The translations under genes were made by a program, and so were the position numbers. A model generated the notes under the pieces. It did no database searches. It saw nothing but the letters and a program-made list of their open reading frames with translations, and was not told the DNA's origin. This document shows positions 11,141 to 24,546 of a stretch of 64,000 nucleotides of DNA, piece after piece. The stretch spans positions 768,001 through 832,000 of the forward strand of contig CAWAWS010000007.1 of assembly GCA_963785725.1 (NCBI GenBank). The letters are read 5' to 3'. The DNA is from an uncultured delta proteobacterium. GTDB lineage: Bacteria > Myxococcota_A > Polyangia > Palsa-1104. Position 1 is the first letter of the stretch. Each line of letters opens with the position of its first letter.

Positions 11141-11929
11141 ATGAAGCTGGCTGCTCTCTTCATTCACCCGGTGAAATCGTGCGCCGGAATCAGCGTGCAA
11201 GCGGCGCGTCTGACCGCGCGCGGCCTCGAGCACGATCGACGCTGGATGGTCGTCGACGAGGCGGGCCGCTTCCTCACGCAGCGCGTGTTGGCGCGCATGG
11301 CGCTCGTGCGACTGTCACTGACCGACGACGGCTTGCAAGCGCATCGCGACGACTTCGAGCCGTTGTCGCTGCCGTTCTTGTTCTCGGCCGGCCGCACGAT
11401 CGACATCGCCGTCTGGAGCCATCGTGGTCCGGCCATTCGCCACGACGCCGGCAGCGCCTGGTTCACGCGCGTGCTCGAACGGCCGGCGCAGCTCGTGTGC
11501 ATGCCCGACGAGATCGTGCGCCCGATCGATTCCAGCGCCGCCCGCGCCGGCGACGAGGTCAGCTTCGCCGACGGCTTCCCGCTGCTCGTCACCAACACGG
11601 CGTCGCTCGACGACCTGAACGCGCGCGCCCACTTCGCCGCCGACATGCGCCGCTTTCGCCCCAACCTCGTCGTCTCGGGCGCGCCCGCGTGGGCCGAAGA
11701 CGACTGGCAAGCGCTGCGCGTCGGCGCCGTGCCGCTGCGCGTGGCCACGGCGTGCGCGCGCTGCAACATCCCCGGCCTCGATCCCGACAGCGGCGCGCCG
11801 ACGAAGGAGCCGCTGCGCACGCTGGCCACGTTCCGCAAGCGCGGCCACGAGGTCTACTTCGGCGTCAACGCCATCCCCGACGGCGCGGGCGAGCTGCGCG
11901 TCGGCGACGACGTCGCCGTCCTCGCGTGA
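11141..11929 (+). CDS. MOSC domain protein (mARC/YcbX-like)
   Basis: IHPVKSC, DRRWM, FADGFP, RFRPNLVV, WAED, CARC, FGVN. Confidence 0.92.
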   Translation: MKLAALFIHPVKSCAGISVQAARLTARGLEHDRRWMVVDEAGRFLTQRVLARMALVRLSLTDDGLQAHRDDFEPLSLPFLFSAGRTIDIAVWSHRGPAIRHDAGSAWFTRVLERPAQLVCMPDEIVRPIDSSAARAGDEVSFADGFPLLVTNTASLDDLNARAHFAADMRRFRPNLVVSGAPAWAEDDWQALRVGAVPLRVATACARCNIPGLDPDSGAPTKEPLRTLATFRKRGHEVYFGVNAIPDGAGELRVGDDVAVLA

Positions 11930-11934
11930 TCGAT

Positions 11935-11968
11935 CGTCGACACTGAAGCGATCGCTTCAGTGTCGACG
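11935..11968. terminator. Perfect 34-bp palindrome between convergent genes (candidate bidirectional terminator or operator)
   Basis: CGTCGACACTGAAGCGA|TCGCTTCAGTGTCGACG is its own reverse complement. Confidence 0.5.
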
Positions 11969-11995
11969 TTGAAGTAACCGCTTCAGTATTAGGAA

Positions 11996-13435
11996 TTAGC
12001 CGAAGAGGATGGACTTACGCGTCTTCAGTAAGCCGTCGATCATGTCTTGGATGCGCACGCGCACTTGCTCGGCCAGCTTGTTGACGAGGATGCGATCGTT
12101 CGCTCCTTCGGCGCCATATTCGGCGTTGAAGTAGAGCGGCTCGCCGAACGCGATGAACCACTTCGTCGGCAGCGGAATGAGCCCGAGCACGCCCAGCGCC
12201 GGGAACGTCGGCGTCACCGGGATATAGGGAATCCCGACCGATTTCGCCAGCCACGTCACCTTCGTCAGCATCGGGTGAATCTCTTCGGCGCCGACGACCG
12301 CGGTCGGAATGATGGGCGCGTCCGACTTCAGCGCCAGCTTGATGAAGCCACCGCGCCCGAAACGCTGCAGCTGATAGCGCTCTTTGTAGAGCTTGCCGAT
12401 GCCTTTGATGCCTTCGGGAAACACGGCCACCAGCTGATCCTGCTGCAGGAGCCGCTCGGCGTTCTCCGGGCACGCGCGCACGCCGCCGATGCGGTTCATG
12501 AGCGTGCCGAGATACGGGAAGTGGAAGACGAAGTCTTCGACGAGCGGGCGCACTTCGCGCTGCGTGCGATGCTCGGTGCGCACGGCGTGCATGATCATGG
12601 CGCCGTCGTACGGCAGCGTGCCCGAGTGGTTGGCGACGATGAGCCCGCGGCCCTCGTCGGGGATGTGGCCGAGCCCGCGCGTCTCGACGCGGAAATAGCT
12701 GCGATAGAGGAAGTCGAGCATCGGCTCGACGCGCGCCGCGACCTGCGGATCGCGGCCGAACTCGTCGACGACCTCCGAGCGATCGCGCATCGCCAGCTTG
12801 CGCCAGCGCTGCCAGACGAACTCGAGCGGCAGCCGCTGCCGTTCGCCGCCATGCTCGCCCGTGCGCGCCGGCAACAGCCGCTCGCGCACGCTCTTTTCGA
12901 TGTGCCGCGCCTCTTCGACGAGCCCGTGCCGCGCTCCGGTCGTCGGCGAGCGATCGATTGACGGGCCGTATTCCGACGGCGGCGCTCGGTCGGTCGTCGT
13001 CGAGTAGGTCTCGACCGGCGCCGGCTCGACTTTGGCGCTGCCGTTGGCCTTCGGGGCGTCGATGGTCGTCGCGATCGCCACGTCGGCGACGTCGGTCGTC
13101 GGCTCCAGCGTCGGGCTCGCCGCAACCTCGCTGGCGACCAGCGTCTCCGCGACCGCGGCCACGATCGCGCTCGCCGCGTCCGCGTCGTCGTCGGCTTTGA
13201 CGACGTCGACGCCCTCGTCGACCGGCGCCGGCGCTTCGGTCGCCGTCGCGCTCGACTTCGCCGCGGCCTTGCCTTTGCCCTTCTTGCCGGCTTTCGGCCC
13301 TTTTTCGACGGGCGCGGCGTCGCTCGCCGTCACCGTCGGCTTCGCTTGCGTCGTCGCCGTGTCCGCTTGCGGCGGCGGCATCGGCTGCTCGTCGCTCGCG
13401 AACGGATCGTCACCGAGAATCTGCTTGCCCGCCAT
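11996..13435 (-). CDS. Lysophospholipid/glycerol acyltransferase (PlsC family, Rv0502-like) with a long disordered N-terminus
   Basis: NHSGTLPYD (HX4D-type motif), FPEG, FGRGGF; TGATG coupling to the upstream epimerase. Confidence 0.88.
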   Translation of the reverse strand: MAGKQILGDDPFASDEQPMPPPQADTATTQAKPTVTASDAAPVEKGPKAGKKGKGKAAAKSSATATEAPAPVDEGVDVVKADDDADAASAIVAAVAETLVASEVAASPTLEPTTDVADVAIATTIDAPKANGSAKVEPAPVETYSTTTDRAPPSEYGPSIDRSPTTGARHGLVEEARHIEKSVRERLLPARTGEHGGERQRLPLEFVWQRWRKLAMRDRSEVVDEFGRDPQVAARVEPMLDFLYRSYFRVETRGLGHIPDEGRGLIVANHSGTLPYDGAMIMHAVRTEHRTQREVRPLVEDFVFHFPYLGTLMNRIGGVRACPENAERLLQQDQLVAVFPEGIKGIGKLYKERYQLQRFGRGGFIKLALKSDAPIIPTAVVGAEEIHPMLTKVTWLAKSVGIPYIPVTPTFPALGVLGLIPLPTKWFIAFGEPLYFNAEYGAEGANDRILVNKLAEQVRVRIQDMIDGLLKTRKSILFG

Positions 13436-14529
13436 CACGCCCCTCCGACGGCCTCGTGCTGCTGCCGCTCGCCGCCATCGCGCGCATTCTCCGGCAGCGC
13501 GATCGCGCCCAGCCCGAGGAAGTCGTCGATGGTCGCCTTGATATCGAATTTCGGCTCGTAATCCAGCTCGCGCCGCGCCTTGTCACCATCGGCGACGCAA
13601 AGGAAGCGCAGGAAATCGAGGAAGTTGGGCGGCGAGTCGAACACCTGCGTCGCCCACAGCGCCTTCGACAGCGGATACGCCAGGAAGTGCGGCATCGGCA
13701 GCGGCACTTTGCCCATCATCGCCAGGATCGTCGAGTAGGGCAGCACGCCGTCGCCGACGATGTTGAAGTCGCCGGGATGGTCGTCGTCGACGGCGAGCGC
13801 GAAGGCGTCGACGACGTCGCGCTCGTGCACGAACTGCATCAGCGGATCGTAGCCCATCAGCATCGGCGCCACCGGCCGCGAGAAGAAGCGCGTGGCGAAG
13901 TTGCGAATGGTCGGGCCCGAGCGTCGCCGCGGTGCGCAGCGTCGTGACGATCGTGTCGGGATTCTCCGGCGCGAAGCGGCGCACCTGCTTCTCGACTTCG
14001 ACCTTGTCCTTGACGAAGCGCGAGCGCGACTGGCCGCCGCGCAGCTCGTGCTCCTCGCTCGAGGAAGTTGGGGTTGAGCGGATGCGCGCCGTAGACCACC
14101 GTCTGCGACCAGCACCACGAGCTTGCGCACGCTGGCACTCGGCGCAGGCGTTGAGCACGTGCATGGTGCCGATGGCTCTCGAGCTCGTGCGCCCAGGAGT
14201 TGGCGTGCGTCGGCGCCGACAAAAACGCCGCGTGCACGACGGTGTCGACGCCTTCGCGCTTCCAGCACCGCGGCCAGGTCGGCGTCGGCCGTCGGCAGCG
14301 TCAGGTCGATCTTGTGGAACTGCGTCTTCGACATCGCGAACGTCGGCTTGCGGATGTCGATCGCCAGCACTTTGTAATAGCGACGATCGCGCTCGAGCCG
14401 CTTGATGAGCTCGGCGCCGATGAAGCTGTAGGCGCCGGTCACCGCCACGACGCGCTGCTCGGGATCGTAGGGCGGCCGCGCGACCAGCGCTTTCTTCTTC
14501 GGAACTTCTTGGTTTCGGGCGGCCGGCAT
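13435..14529 (-). CDS. NAD-dependent epimerase/dehydratase (Rv0501-like), multiply frameshifted as assembled
   Basis: VAVTGAYSFIG, VHAAF, VVYGA, KVEVE, GYDPLMQFVHERD are spread over three frames between about 13920 and 14270. Confidence 0.8.
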   Translation of the reverse strand: MPAARNQEVPKKKALVARPPYDPEQRVVAVTGAYSFIGAELIKRLERDRRYYKVLAIDIRKPTFAMSKTQFHKIDLTLPTADADLAAVLEARRRRHRRARGVFVGADARQLLGARAREPSAPCTCSTPAPSASVRKLVVLVADGGLRRASAQPQLPRARSTSCAAASRARASSRTRSKSRSRCAASRRRIPTRSSRRCAPRRRSGPTIRNFATRFFSRPVAPMLMGYDPLMQFVHERDVVDAFALAVDDDHPGDFNIVGDGVLPYSTILAMMGKVPLPMPHFLAYPLSKALWATQVFDSPPNFLDFLRFLCVADGDKARRELDYEPKFDIKATIDDFLGLGAIALPENARDGGERQQHEAVGGA

Positions 14530-14629
14530 CGTGCGCGTAAGGTAGTGCATCGAGGCCGGCGGTTCAACCGCTACGCGTCTCGTAAATTCGGACACGCGCT
14601 TGAAATGTATGCCGTGGTAGACCTTGCGC

Positions 14630-16655
<2,026 letters not shown>

Positions 16656-16745
16656 CCCGCACGCGACGGCGCGATCGGCGAGGCTTTCGGCGGAGTAAGC
16701 GAAACGAACGGTGGGAAGGCGAAAGAAGCGGACGCGCGCGCGGTG

Positions 16746-17264
16746 CTAGAGCTCGTCCTCTTCCTCTTTTTCCTCTTCGTCGATTTCGTCGTCCTCTTCC
16801 TTTTCCTCGTCGACGAATTGGATCTTGATCGACTGGATCTCGGAGGCGCCGAAGTCGTTCTGCGCCCAGTAGCGCACTTCGTATTCGCCGGCGCCGAGGC
16901 CGAGCTCGGAGGCGCACACTTCGGCCTGCGTCTCGGTCGAGCCGCCATCGGGAACGGCCGCCAATTCATGCTCGTCGCCGCCGAGCTGCTTGCCGTCGGC
17001 GTCGTGCAGCGTCCAATGCAGCTTACAGTTGGCCGCTGACGTCACTTCGTAGTCGAGCTGAACGTCGTCATCGAGGTCGAACGAGTCGCCGCTCGCCGGA
17101 CCACGCAAATTCGCCACCGGCGGCGCCTGCTGCTGCTCGGCGTCCTCGCCTTGCCCCTCACCCCCTTCGGCTTCGGCGCTCACGTCTTGCTGCGCCTCTT
17201 GATCGGCTTCGGCCTTCTCTTGCGCCGGATCGATGTCTTCGCCCTTCTGCGTGGCAATCCCCAT
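16746..17264 (-). CDS. Highly acidic hypothetical protein with a central beta-rich (Ig-like?) domain
   Basis: D/E-rich termini; beta-strand pattern ending GAGEYEVRYWAQN; good GC3 codon bias. Confidence 0.55.
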   Translation of the reverse strand: MGIATQKGEDIDPAQEKAEADQEAQQDVSAEAEGGEGQGEDAEQQQAPPVANLRGPASGDSFDLDDDVQLDYEVTSAANCKLHWTLHDADGKQLGGDEHELAAVPDGGSTETQAEVCASELGLGAGEYEVRYWAQNDFGASEIQSIKIQFVDEEKEEDDEIDEEEKEEEDEL

Positions 17265-17383
17265 GAGAGGATTATCGGCGCAAATCGGCAAAAGTTGCTA
17301 GCTCATACAAAGCTAGGCAGCGATTGAGCTTTTGGCACATCAGCCGGCGCGCGGAGCCCGACCGGCGGCGCGGCGCGGGTGGG

Positions 17384-19576
17384 TTAGATCACCTTGCCGG
17401 CGTCGCGCAGGACGAGCTCGGCGGCGTGACGCAGGAGCTGCGTCGTGATCGGCGAGCCTTGCGCGGCCGCCAAATAGCCGGCGCGCATCACCGCGTTGCG
17501 AATGTAGCCGCCGGACATGGGCAGCCGTCGCGCCAGCTCGGTGAACGCGATCTCGTCGGTCGTCGCCGAATGGCCGCTGAGCATTTGCCGCCACAGCCGA
17601 TCGCGCTCGATCTCCTCCGGCATCGGGAAGTGCACGCGAAACGTCAATCGGCGCTGGAACGCCTGATCCATGACCGACTCGCGATTCGTCGTCAGGATCG
17701 AGACGCCGTTGAAGAGCTCGATCTGCGTCAACAGGAAGTTGGTCTGCATGTTGGCGTAGCGATCGGTCGAGTTCTGCACGTCGGTGCGCTTGCCGAAGAT
17801 AGCGTCCGCCTCGTCGAAGAGCAGCATGGCGTGGCCGGCCTCGGCGGCGCGAAAGACCTCGGCCAAGTTCTTCTCGGTCTCGCCCACCCACTTCGAGACC
17901 AGCGTCGCCGTATCGATTTGGTAGAGCGGCAGGCCGGCGGCGGCGGCGATGACGCCGGCGGCCATCGTCTTGCCGGTTCCGGGATCGCCGTAGAAGAGCG
18001 CGCTCACGCCGCGGCCGCGCACGAGGCGGCGGAAGTTCCACTCGTCGAGCACGGTGTCGCGCAGGCGGATCGTCGACTCCAGCTCACCCAACGTCTCGCG
18101 CGTCTCGTCGGAGATGATGAGATCGGCGTGCGTCGCGCGCGTCGACAAGCGGCGTCCGACCGTCGACAAGATGGGGCGGAATTCGGCGTCGATGGCGGCC
18201 ATGACGTCGGCGATCGTGATGACCGACGCGGACGCGGGCGACGCCGCGAACTGGCCGTCGCGTTCGGCGCGGGCGCGGGCGCGGATGCGCGCTTCGCCGG
18301 CGATGCGCGTGATGACGCCGCCCGTGATCGGGTAGGTGCGGGCGAGCAGCGCGTAGTCGATCGTCGTGTTGGGCGCGTCGGCGCCGGCGTCGAGACGATC
18401 GCGCCATAATTCGGCGCGCCGATCGCGCTCGGGCGCCGGCACGAGCACGGGCGACAGTCGGCGCGTCGTCGCCAGCGCCAGATCGAGGTGGGCCGGCTCG
18501 AGCGCGTCGCGAACGAGGATGACGCGGCCGGGGAAGCGCGACAGCAGCTCGCTGACGCCCGGCTGCCACGTGCGCTGCGCGCGCGGCGCGTCGGCGTCGA
18601 CCGGCGGCAGCGCGATCGCGATCCACGCCGCCGTCAGCCACGCCAGGCGCGCCGCGGCCAAGGCCTCGGTCGCGCCGAAGGCCGCCGGCGACGCGGTCAG
18701 GTCGAGCTCGACGAGCTTGCAGCCGCGCTCGCCGGCCAGCGCGCGCACGAGCAGCCGCTTGCCGGCGCCGGCCGGACCTTCGAGCAGCGGCAGCGCGTGC
18801 GGATCGTCGATCAGCGCGGCGACGTGGGGCCACAGCTCGTCGGGCAAGAACGTCCGCTCGCGCGGCAGCCGCTCGGGCCGCTCGACGAGGAGGCCGCGCA
18901 GCGCCGGCTCCTGCAGCTCCTGGCCGAGCACGTGCGCGACGACGGCGGGCGGCACCGACAGCGTCGTCGCCATCGTGCAGCCTTGCGCGGCGCCGCCTTC
19001 GTTGGTGAGCGCGAGCAGGCCCAAGTCGGCGAGCGTGGAGCCGGGCGCGAGCGCGCGCCGGACGGCATCGGCGCCCGGATCGGTCGGCGACAAGATGCGC
19101 GCGGCCGTGGCCACGTCGAGCGAGCGACCACGCGCCGAGGCGCCGCCGCGCAGAAATTGGAACAGCCGGCCAAAGCCGTCGTCGATCTCGGGCGCGAGCG
19201 CGAGCAGGAACAGGTCGAACGCCAGCGGCGACAGCTCGGCGCGCTCGGCCAATTCATAGAGCGGCAACGGGATGTGCGTGGCTGCGCGGTCGCGCTCGAT
19301 GCTGTGGCGGCGGGTGGCGATGCGGGCCGTCAGCTTGTCCGCTTCGCCGTCGACGAGCGCGGGCGCGCGATCGGCGGGATGCTCGAGGCGCTGCAGCTCG
19401 CGCTCGGCGCCGGCGGCGTCGAAGCGGCCGCTGGCGGTCGCCGCCGGCTGCAGCTCGCGATGACGCAGGCGACGCAGCGCGCGCCGCAAGACGAGCGCCA
19501 TCCGCGCGATCTCGGCGGCGACGGCGGCGGCGGCCGATTGATACGGTCGCGGCAAGGGCTCGGCGTGCGATTCCAC
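17384..19576 (-). CDS. AAA+ ATPase of the eCIS-associated (Afp15/Pvc15-like) type
   Basis: N-terminal LLALAPEID segment; degenerate first AAA module (GPAGAGK); second module GDPGTGKT, VSKWVGETEKNL, FDEADAIFGKRT, DRYAN. Confidence 0.85.
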   Translation of the reverse strand: MESHAEPLPRPYQSAAAAVAAEIARMALVLRRALRRLRHRELQPAATASGRFDAAGAERELQRLEHPADRAPALVDGEADKLTARIATRRHSIERDRAATHIPLPLYELAERAELSPLAFDLFLLALAPEIDDGFGRLFQFLRGGASARGRSLDVATAARILSPTDPGADAVRRALAPGSTLADLGLLALTNEGGAAQGCTMATTLSVPPAVVAHVLGQELQEPALRGLLVERPERLPRERTFLPDELWPHVAALIDDPHALPLLEGPAGAGKRLLVRALAGERGCKLVELDLTASPAAFGATEALAAARLAWLTAAWIAIALPPVDADAPRAQRTWQPGVSELLSRFPGRVILVRDALEPAHLDLALATTRRLSPVLVPAPERDRRAELWRDRLDAGADAPNTTIDYALLARTYPITGGVITRIAGEARIRARARAERDGQFAASPASASVITIADVMAAIDAEFRPILSTVGRRLSTRATHADLIISDETRETLGELESTIRLRDTVLDEWNFRRLVRGRGVSALFYGDPGTGKTMAAGVIAAAAGLPLYQIDTATLVSKWVGETEKNLAEVFRAAEAGHAMLLFDEADAIFGKRTDVQNSTDRYANMQTNFLLTQIELFNGVSILTTNRESVMDQAFQRRLTFRVHFPMPEEIERDRLWRQMLSGHSATTDEIAFTELARRLPMSGGYIRNAVMRAGYLAAAQGSPITTQLLRHAAELVLRDAGKVI

Positions 19577-19601
19577 GCCGGTACGTTATCACGCGCGGCC
19601 G

Positions 19602-19686
19602 CCGCTCGCGCTCGTCGCGGCGCTCGTGACGCGCGCCACGACGACCGCTCGCGCTCGTCGCGGCGCTCGTGACGCGCGCCACGACG
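19602..19686. repeat. Two identical 42-bp tandem repeats (43-bp period), each with internal hairpin potential
   Basis: CCGCTCGCGCTCGTCGCGGCGCTCGTGACGCGCGCCACGACG at 19602-19643 and 19645-19686. Confidence 0.9.
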
Positions 19687-19711
19687 CCGGCGTGCGCTAT
19701 CATGCGCGCCC

Positions 19712-20619
19712 GTGTCACGCGCCGAGCCCAGCGTCATCGCCGACGTCATCGCCATCGTCGGGCCGACCGCGGCCGGCAAGACGAGCGCCGCCATCACCCT
19801 CGCCGAGCGCATCGGCGCCGAGATCGTCTCCTGCGACTCGTTGCAGCTCTATCGCGAGCTCGACATCGGCACCGCCAAGCCGACGGCCGACGAACGCGCG
19901 CGCGTGCCGCATCACCTCGTCGACGTGTTGGCGCCGAACGAGAGCTGCTCGGCCGCGCGCTACGCCGAGCTGGCCGACGCCGCCATCGCCGGCATTCGCG
20001 CGCGCGGCCGGCGCGTCATCGTCGTCGGCGGCAGCGGGCTCTACTTTCGCGCCTTGCGCTTCGGGCTCTTCGCGGCGCCGCCGCGCGACGAGGCCTTGCG
20101 CGCGCGCCTCTACGACGATGAGCGCGCGCAGCCGGGCCAGCTGCACGAGCGGCTGCGCGCCGTCGACGCGACCGCCGCCGCGCGCATCGCGCCCGCCGAC
20201 CTCGTGCGGCTGGTGCGCGCGCTCGAGGTCTACGAGCTGACCGGCGTGCCGCTGACGCAGCATCACGCACAGCATCATCATGAAGAGCGCATGGCCATGA
20301 ACGTGTTGAACCTGGAGCCGCCGTTTACGACGCTCGATCCGCGGATTGCGGCGCGCGTGGAGGCGATGTTGCGCGGCGGGCTCGTCGACGAGACGCGGCG
20401 CGTCTTGGCGCGTCATGGCCAGACGCCGCCGCTGCAATCGGTTGGCTACGCCGAAGTCTGCGAGCTCCTGGCCGGACGGCTGCGCGAGGACGAGCTGGCG
20501 ACGGCGATCGTCCGCGCCACGCGCCATTACGCCCGCCGGCAACGCACCTGGTTCAAGAAGGAGCCGGGCGCGCGCCGCTTCGATTCTGCCGAGGAGCTCA
20601 CTCGTGCTATAGACCCTGC

Positions 20620-20632
<13 letters not shown>
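19712..20632 (+). CDS. miaA: tRNA dimethylallyltransferase
   Basis: GPTAAGKT, SCDSLQLYRELDIGTAKP, PHHL, VGGSGLY, YARRQRTWF. Confidence 0.95.
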
Positions 20633-21597
<965 letters not shown>

Positions 21598-21598
21598 T

Positions 21599-23561
21599 GT
21601 GGGCTGGGATGTCTGGGTAGTCCTCGCGGCGTCGTCGCTGGCGTTGCAGCTGTTCACGATCGGCTTGCGCCGCGAGTGGCGCGATCAGCTGCCGTACGCC
21701 GGCATGCTGCTCTTGGATCTGGCGCTGCTCAGCTTCGCGCACGCCACGCACCGCGACGAAGGCGTCGTCGGCGTCGTGGCGACGTCGTTGGCGCTGGTGC
21801 TGGTCATCGGGCCGCGCCTGGCGGAGAACCTCGAGCGGCGCATGTTGGCGCGCGACGAGCTGGGCTGGGCGCTGCGCGCGGTGCAGCTGCACGAGCTGCT
21901 CGTTCCCGGTCGCGCCTCGACGCGGCGGCGCCGGCAGCTGCACAACCTCGTCGAAGCCCGCGCCGGCGGCGCGACGCCGGTCTTGCGGCGGCTGCGCGCC
22001 GAGCTCGGCGTCGAGCGCGATCCGCGCGCGGCGGCGCTGCTGCACGAAGAGGTGGCGACGGTCTGCTTCCTGGCGCAGCGTTTCGCCGACGGGGTGGCCG
22101 AGTACGAGCGGCATCTGCCGGCCGATTGGGCGGCGGCGCATCCGGGCTTCGCCGCCTATCTCGTGCGCGCCTACGGCGAGCTCGGGCGGCTCGATCGCGC
22201 GCTCGACACGCTCTTGACGCTCGAGCGCGGGCCGGCGCAGCGCGACCCGGCGGCGCTGGCGCTGCTGACGCAAGCGCGGCTGACCTTGTTGGCGTTCGCC
22301 GGGCGCGCGGCCGACGTCGAGCGGCTGCTGCGCGGCGCGCCCGGGCTGCTCGTGTCGCCGCACGCCAAGCGGTTTTTGCACGAAGTCGCCCATGCGCGCG
22401 CGCCGCTGTGGACGTCCAAGAACGAGACAACGAGCGACGCCAAAGCGGCTGACGAATCCGAAAATCGGAATCAATCGACGACGAGCGTGTCCCAAAGTTG
22501 GACCGCCGCAGCCGATACGAGCGCGCCGGCAGTGGCGACGGCCGACGAAGCGGCGACCACGCGTGACGCGGCGACGGGCGCGGCCATGGCGCAGCGGCAT
22601 GCGGCGACGCTGCTCGACGGTGTGGCCGCCCGCGCCGGCGAGTCGGTGCAGCCGCTGGCGCGCCCGCGCAGTCGGCCGCGCGTGACGATGGTGCTGCTCG
22701 CCGTCAACATCGCCGCCGCCATCGTCGTCACCGGCTGGGCCGCCGCGCCGACGCCGAGCGCGCTCATCCGCGCCGGCGCGCTCTTCCGCCCGGCCGTGCA
22801 AGCGGGCGAATGGTGGCGCGCCTTCACCGCCATGTTCCTGCACGGCGATTGGGTGCACCTCGGCCTCAACATGTACGTGCTCTACCTGCTCGGTCGCTTC
22901 GCCGAAGAGGTCCTCGGCCCGCTGCGCTTCTTCGTCATCTACATCGTCGGCGGGCTGGCCGGCTGGGTGGCGTCGACGCTGGCGCTGCAGCAGGCCGGGC
23001 TGTCGATCGGCGCCTCGGGCGCGATCATGGGACTCCTCGGCGCCATCATCGTGCTCTTGATCGTTCGTCGCGGCACGTGGCCCGAAGCGTGGCGGCGCAC
23101 GCTCTTGTGGACGATGCTCGTCGTCGGCGGGCTGCAGATTTACGCCGGCTATCAGCTGCCGGTGATGGACAACGCGGCGCATATGGGCGGGCTCGTCGGC
23201 GGCGCCATCGCCGCGCTGCTCGTCGCGCCGGGCGGGCTCATCGGCCGCTCGTTCGCGGCGCGGCTCTTGGTGTCGGCGTTGGCGCGTGGCGGCGCTCGTC
23301 GGGATCGGCTGGAGCGTCGACGAGATGGCGCGCACGTCGCTCGCCGCGACCTTCGCCAAATTGCCGACGAAAGACGTGACGATTCGCGGTCAAAAGATTC
23401 GCGTGCCGCAATATTGGGACTACGACGCGGCGCACGATGTGGCCAGCGATCCCTTCCTCGGCGTGCAGCTGGGCGGCTCGGCCGAGTCGGCGACACCGCC
23501 CATCGCGCCCGACGTCGTCGACGCGCTCGATCGGATTGCCAAGAGCGGGCGGGCGCCATAA
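21599..23561 (+). CDS. Rhomboid intramembrane serine protease with N-terminal TM/TPR-like extension; one frameshift near 23285
   Basis: EWWRAFTAMFLH, HLGLNM, GASG, NAAHMGG. The C-terminus continues in the 23286-23561 frame. Confidence 0.82.
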
Positions 23562-23570
23562 AAGAGTGTC

Positions 23571-24002
23571 GTGATCGTCAAGGAACAGCACGTGACCGCG
23601 GTCGTCAAAGAGGTCGAGGCCGGCGCCGATGAGCCGCAGCACGTGGCGTCGCTGGTCGGCCTCTTCATGCAGGTGCAGCCGACGATTGGCCATTACGTCT
23701 CGGCGCATTCCAAGGAGCTGGCGCTGGAAGGCGTCGTGCTGACGCTCTTGCATGCGTCGGTGATGGCGCGCGCCGTCGAGCTGGCGATGGGTCGGCGCTT
23801 GCGGCCGCTGAAGTTCGAGGATCTCGACGCCGCGACGCGCGCCAACGAAGGACGCGCGCTCGCCGACGAAGAGCCGGAGCTGGCCAGCTACCTCGAAGGC
23901 AACCTCGACCCCGCCGATCCGACGCTCGGCGGCCCGCGGCGTGACGTGGCGTTGCGTGTGTTGCACACCGTCGCGCAGGCGCTGTTGTGGGTGGCGATGT
24001 AA
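23571..24002 (+). CDS. Hypothetical protein
   Basis: 143-aa ORF with good codon bias, co-directional with the operon. Confidence 0.6.
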   Translation: MIVKEQHVTAVVKEVEAGADEPQHVASLVGLFMQVQPTIGHYVSAHSKELALEGVVLTLLHASVMARAVELAMGRRLRPLKFEDLDAATRANEGRALADEEPELASYLEGNLDPADPTLGGPRRDVALRVLHTVAQALLWVAM

Positions 24003-24084
24003 GCGACCACGGCGCGGTCGCGGCCGCGTGAACGATGCGCCGTCGCACGAAGCGCGACGGTTTACGCGGGCGCCGCGCGATCGA

Positions 24085-24546
24085 TTACGCGAGCCAGCGC
24101 GGCAGCCGGCCACCCAGCGCGGCGTCGAGACCGAGCGTGCGACCGGGCGCCGTCAGCATCATCGTGAGCATCATGACCGCCAGCGGCGCCGTGCCGTTCG
24201 CGGTGAGCCCGTCGCCGCGGCCGAACAGGAAGTTGCCGACGAGCACGAGCCCGACCAACGCCGCCAGCCGCGTGAACAGGCCCGCCAACAGCGCCGCGCC
24301 GACGAGCAGCTCGGCGATCGAGATCGCGCAGGCGAACAGATGCGCACGCGGCAACACGACGTCGCGCAAAAACGGCACGTAGAACGAGTAGGTCTTCCCG
24401 TCTTTGATCCACGTTTGCAGGATCTGGCTCAGCTCGTCGTTGTGCAGCCAGCCGCCGGACAGCTCATGCACGCCCGTATTCAAGAAGATCCAGCCGCAAA
24501 ACAGCCGCAGCGGCAGTAAGAACGCGATGCGCGTCTGCTCTCCCAT
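24085..24546 (-). CDS. DoxX/DoxD family membrane protein
   Basis: LRLFCGWIFL, AELLVGAALLAGLFTR, GRTLGLD. Confidence 0.85.
   Translation of the reverse strand: MGEQTRIAFLLPLRLFCGWIFLNTGVHELSGGWLHNDELSQILQTWIKDGKTYSFYVPFLRDVVLPRAHLFACAISIAELLVGAALLAGLFTRLAALVGLVLVGNFLFGRGDGLTANGTAPLAVMMLTMMLTAPGRTLGLDAALGGRLPRWLA

Noticed and set aside
19602..19686. CRISPR array
   Set aside because: Only two units with a 1-nt gap, no spacers and no cas genes.
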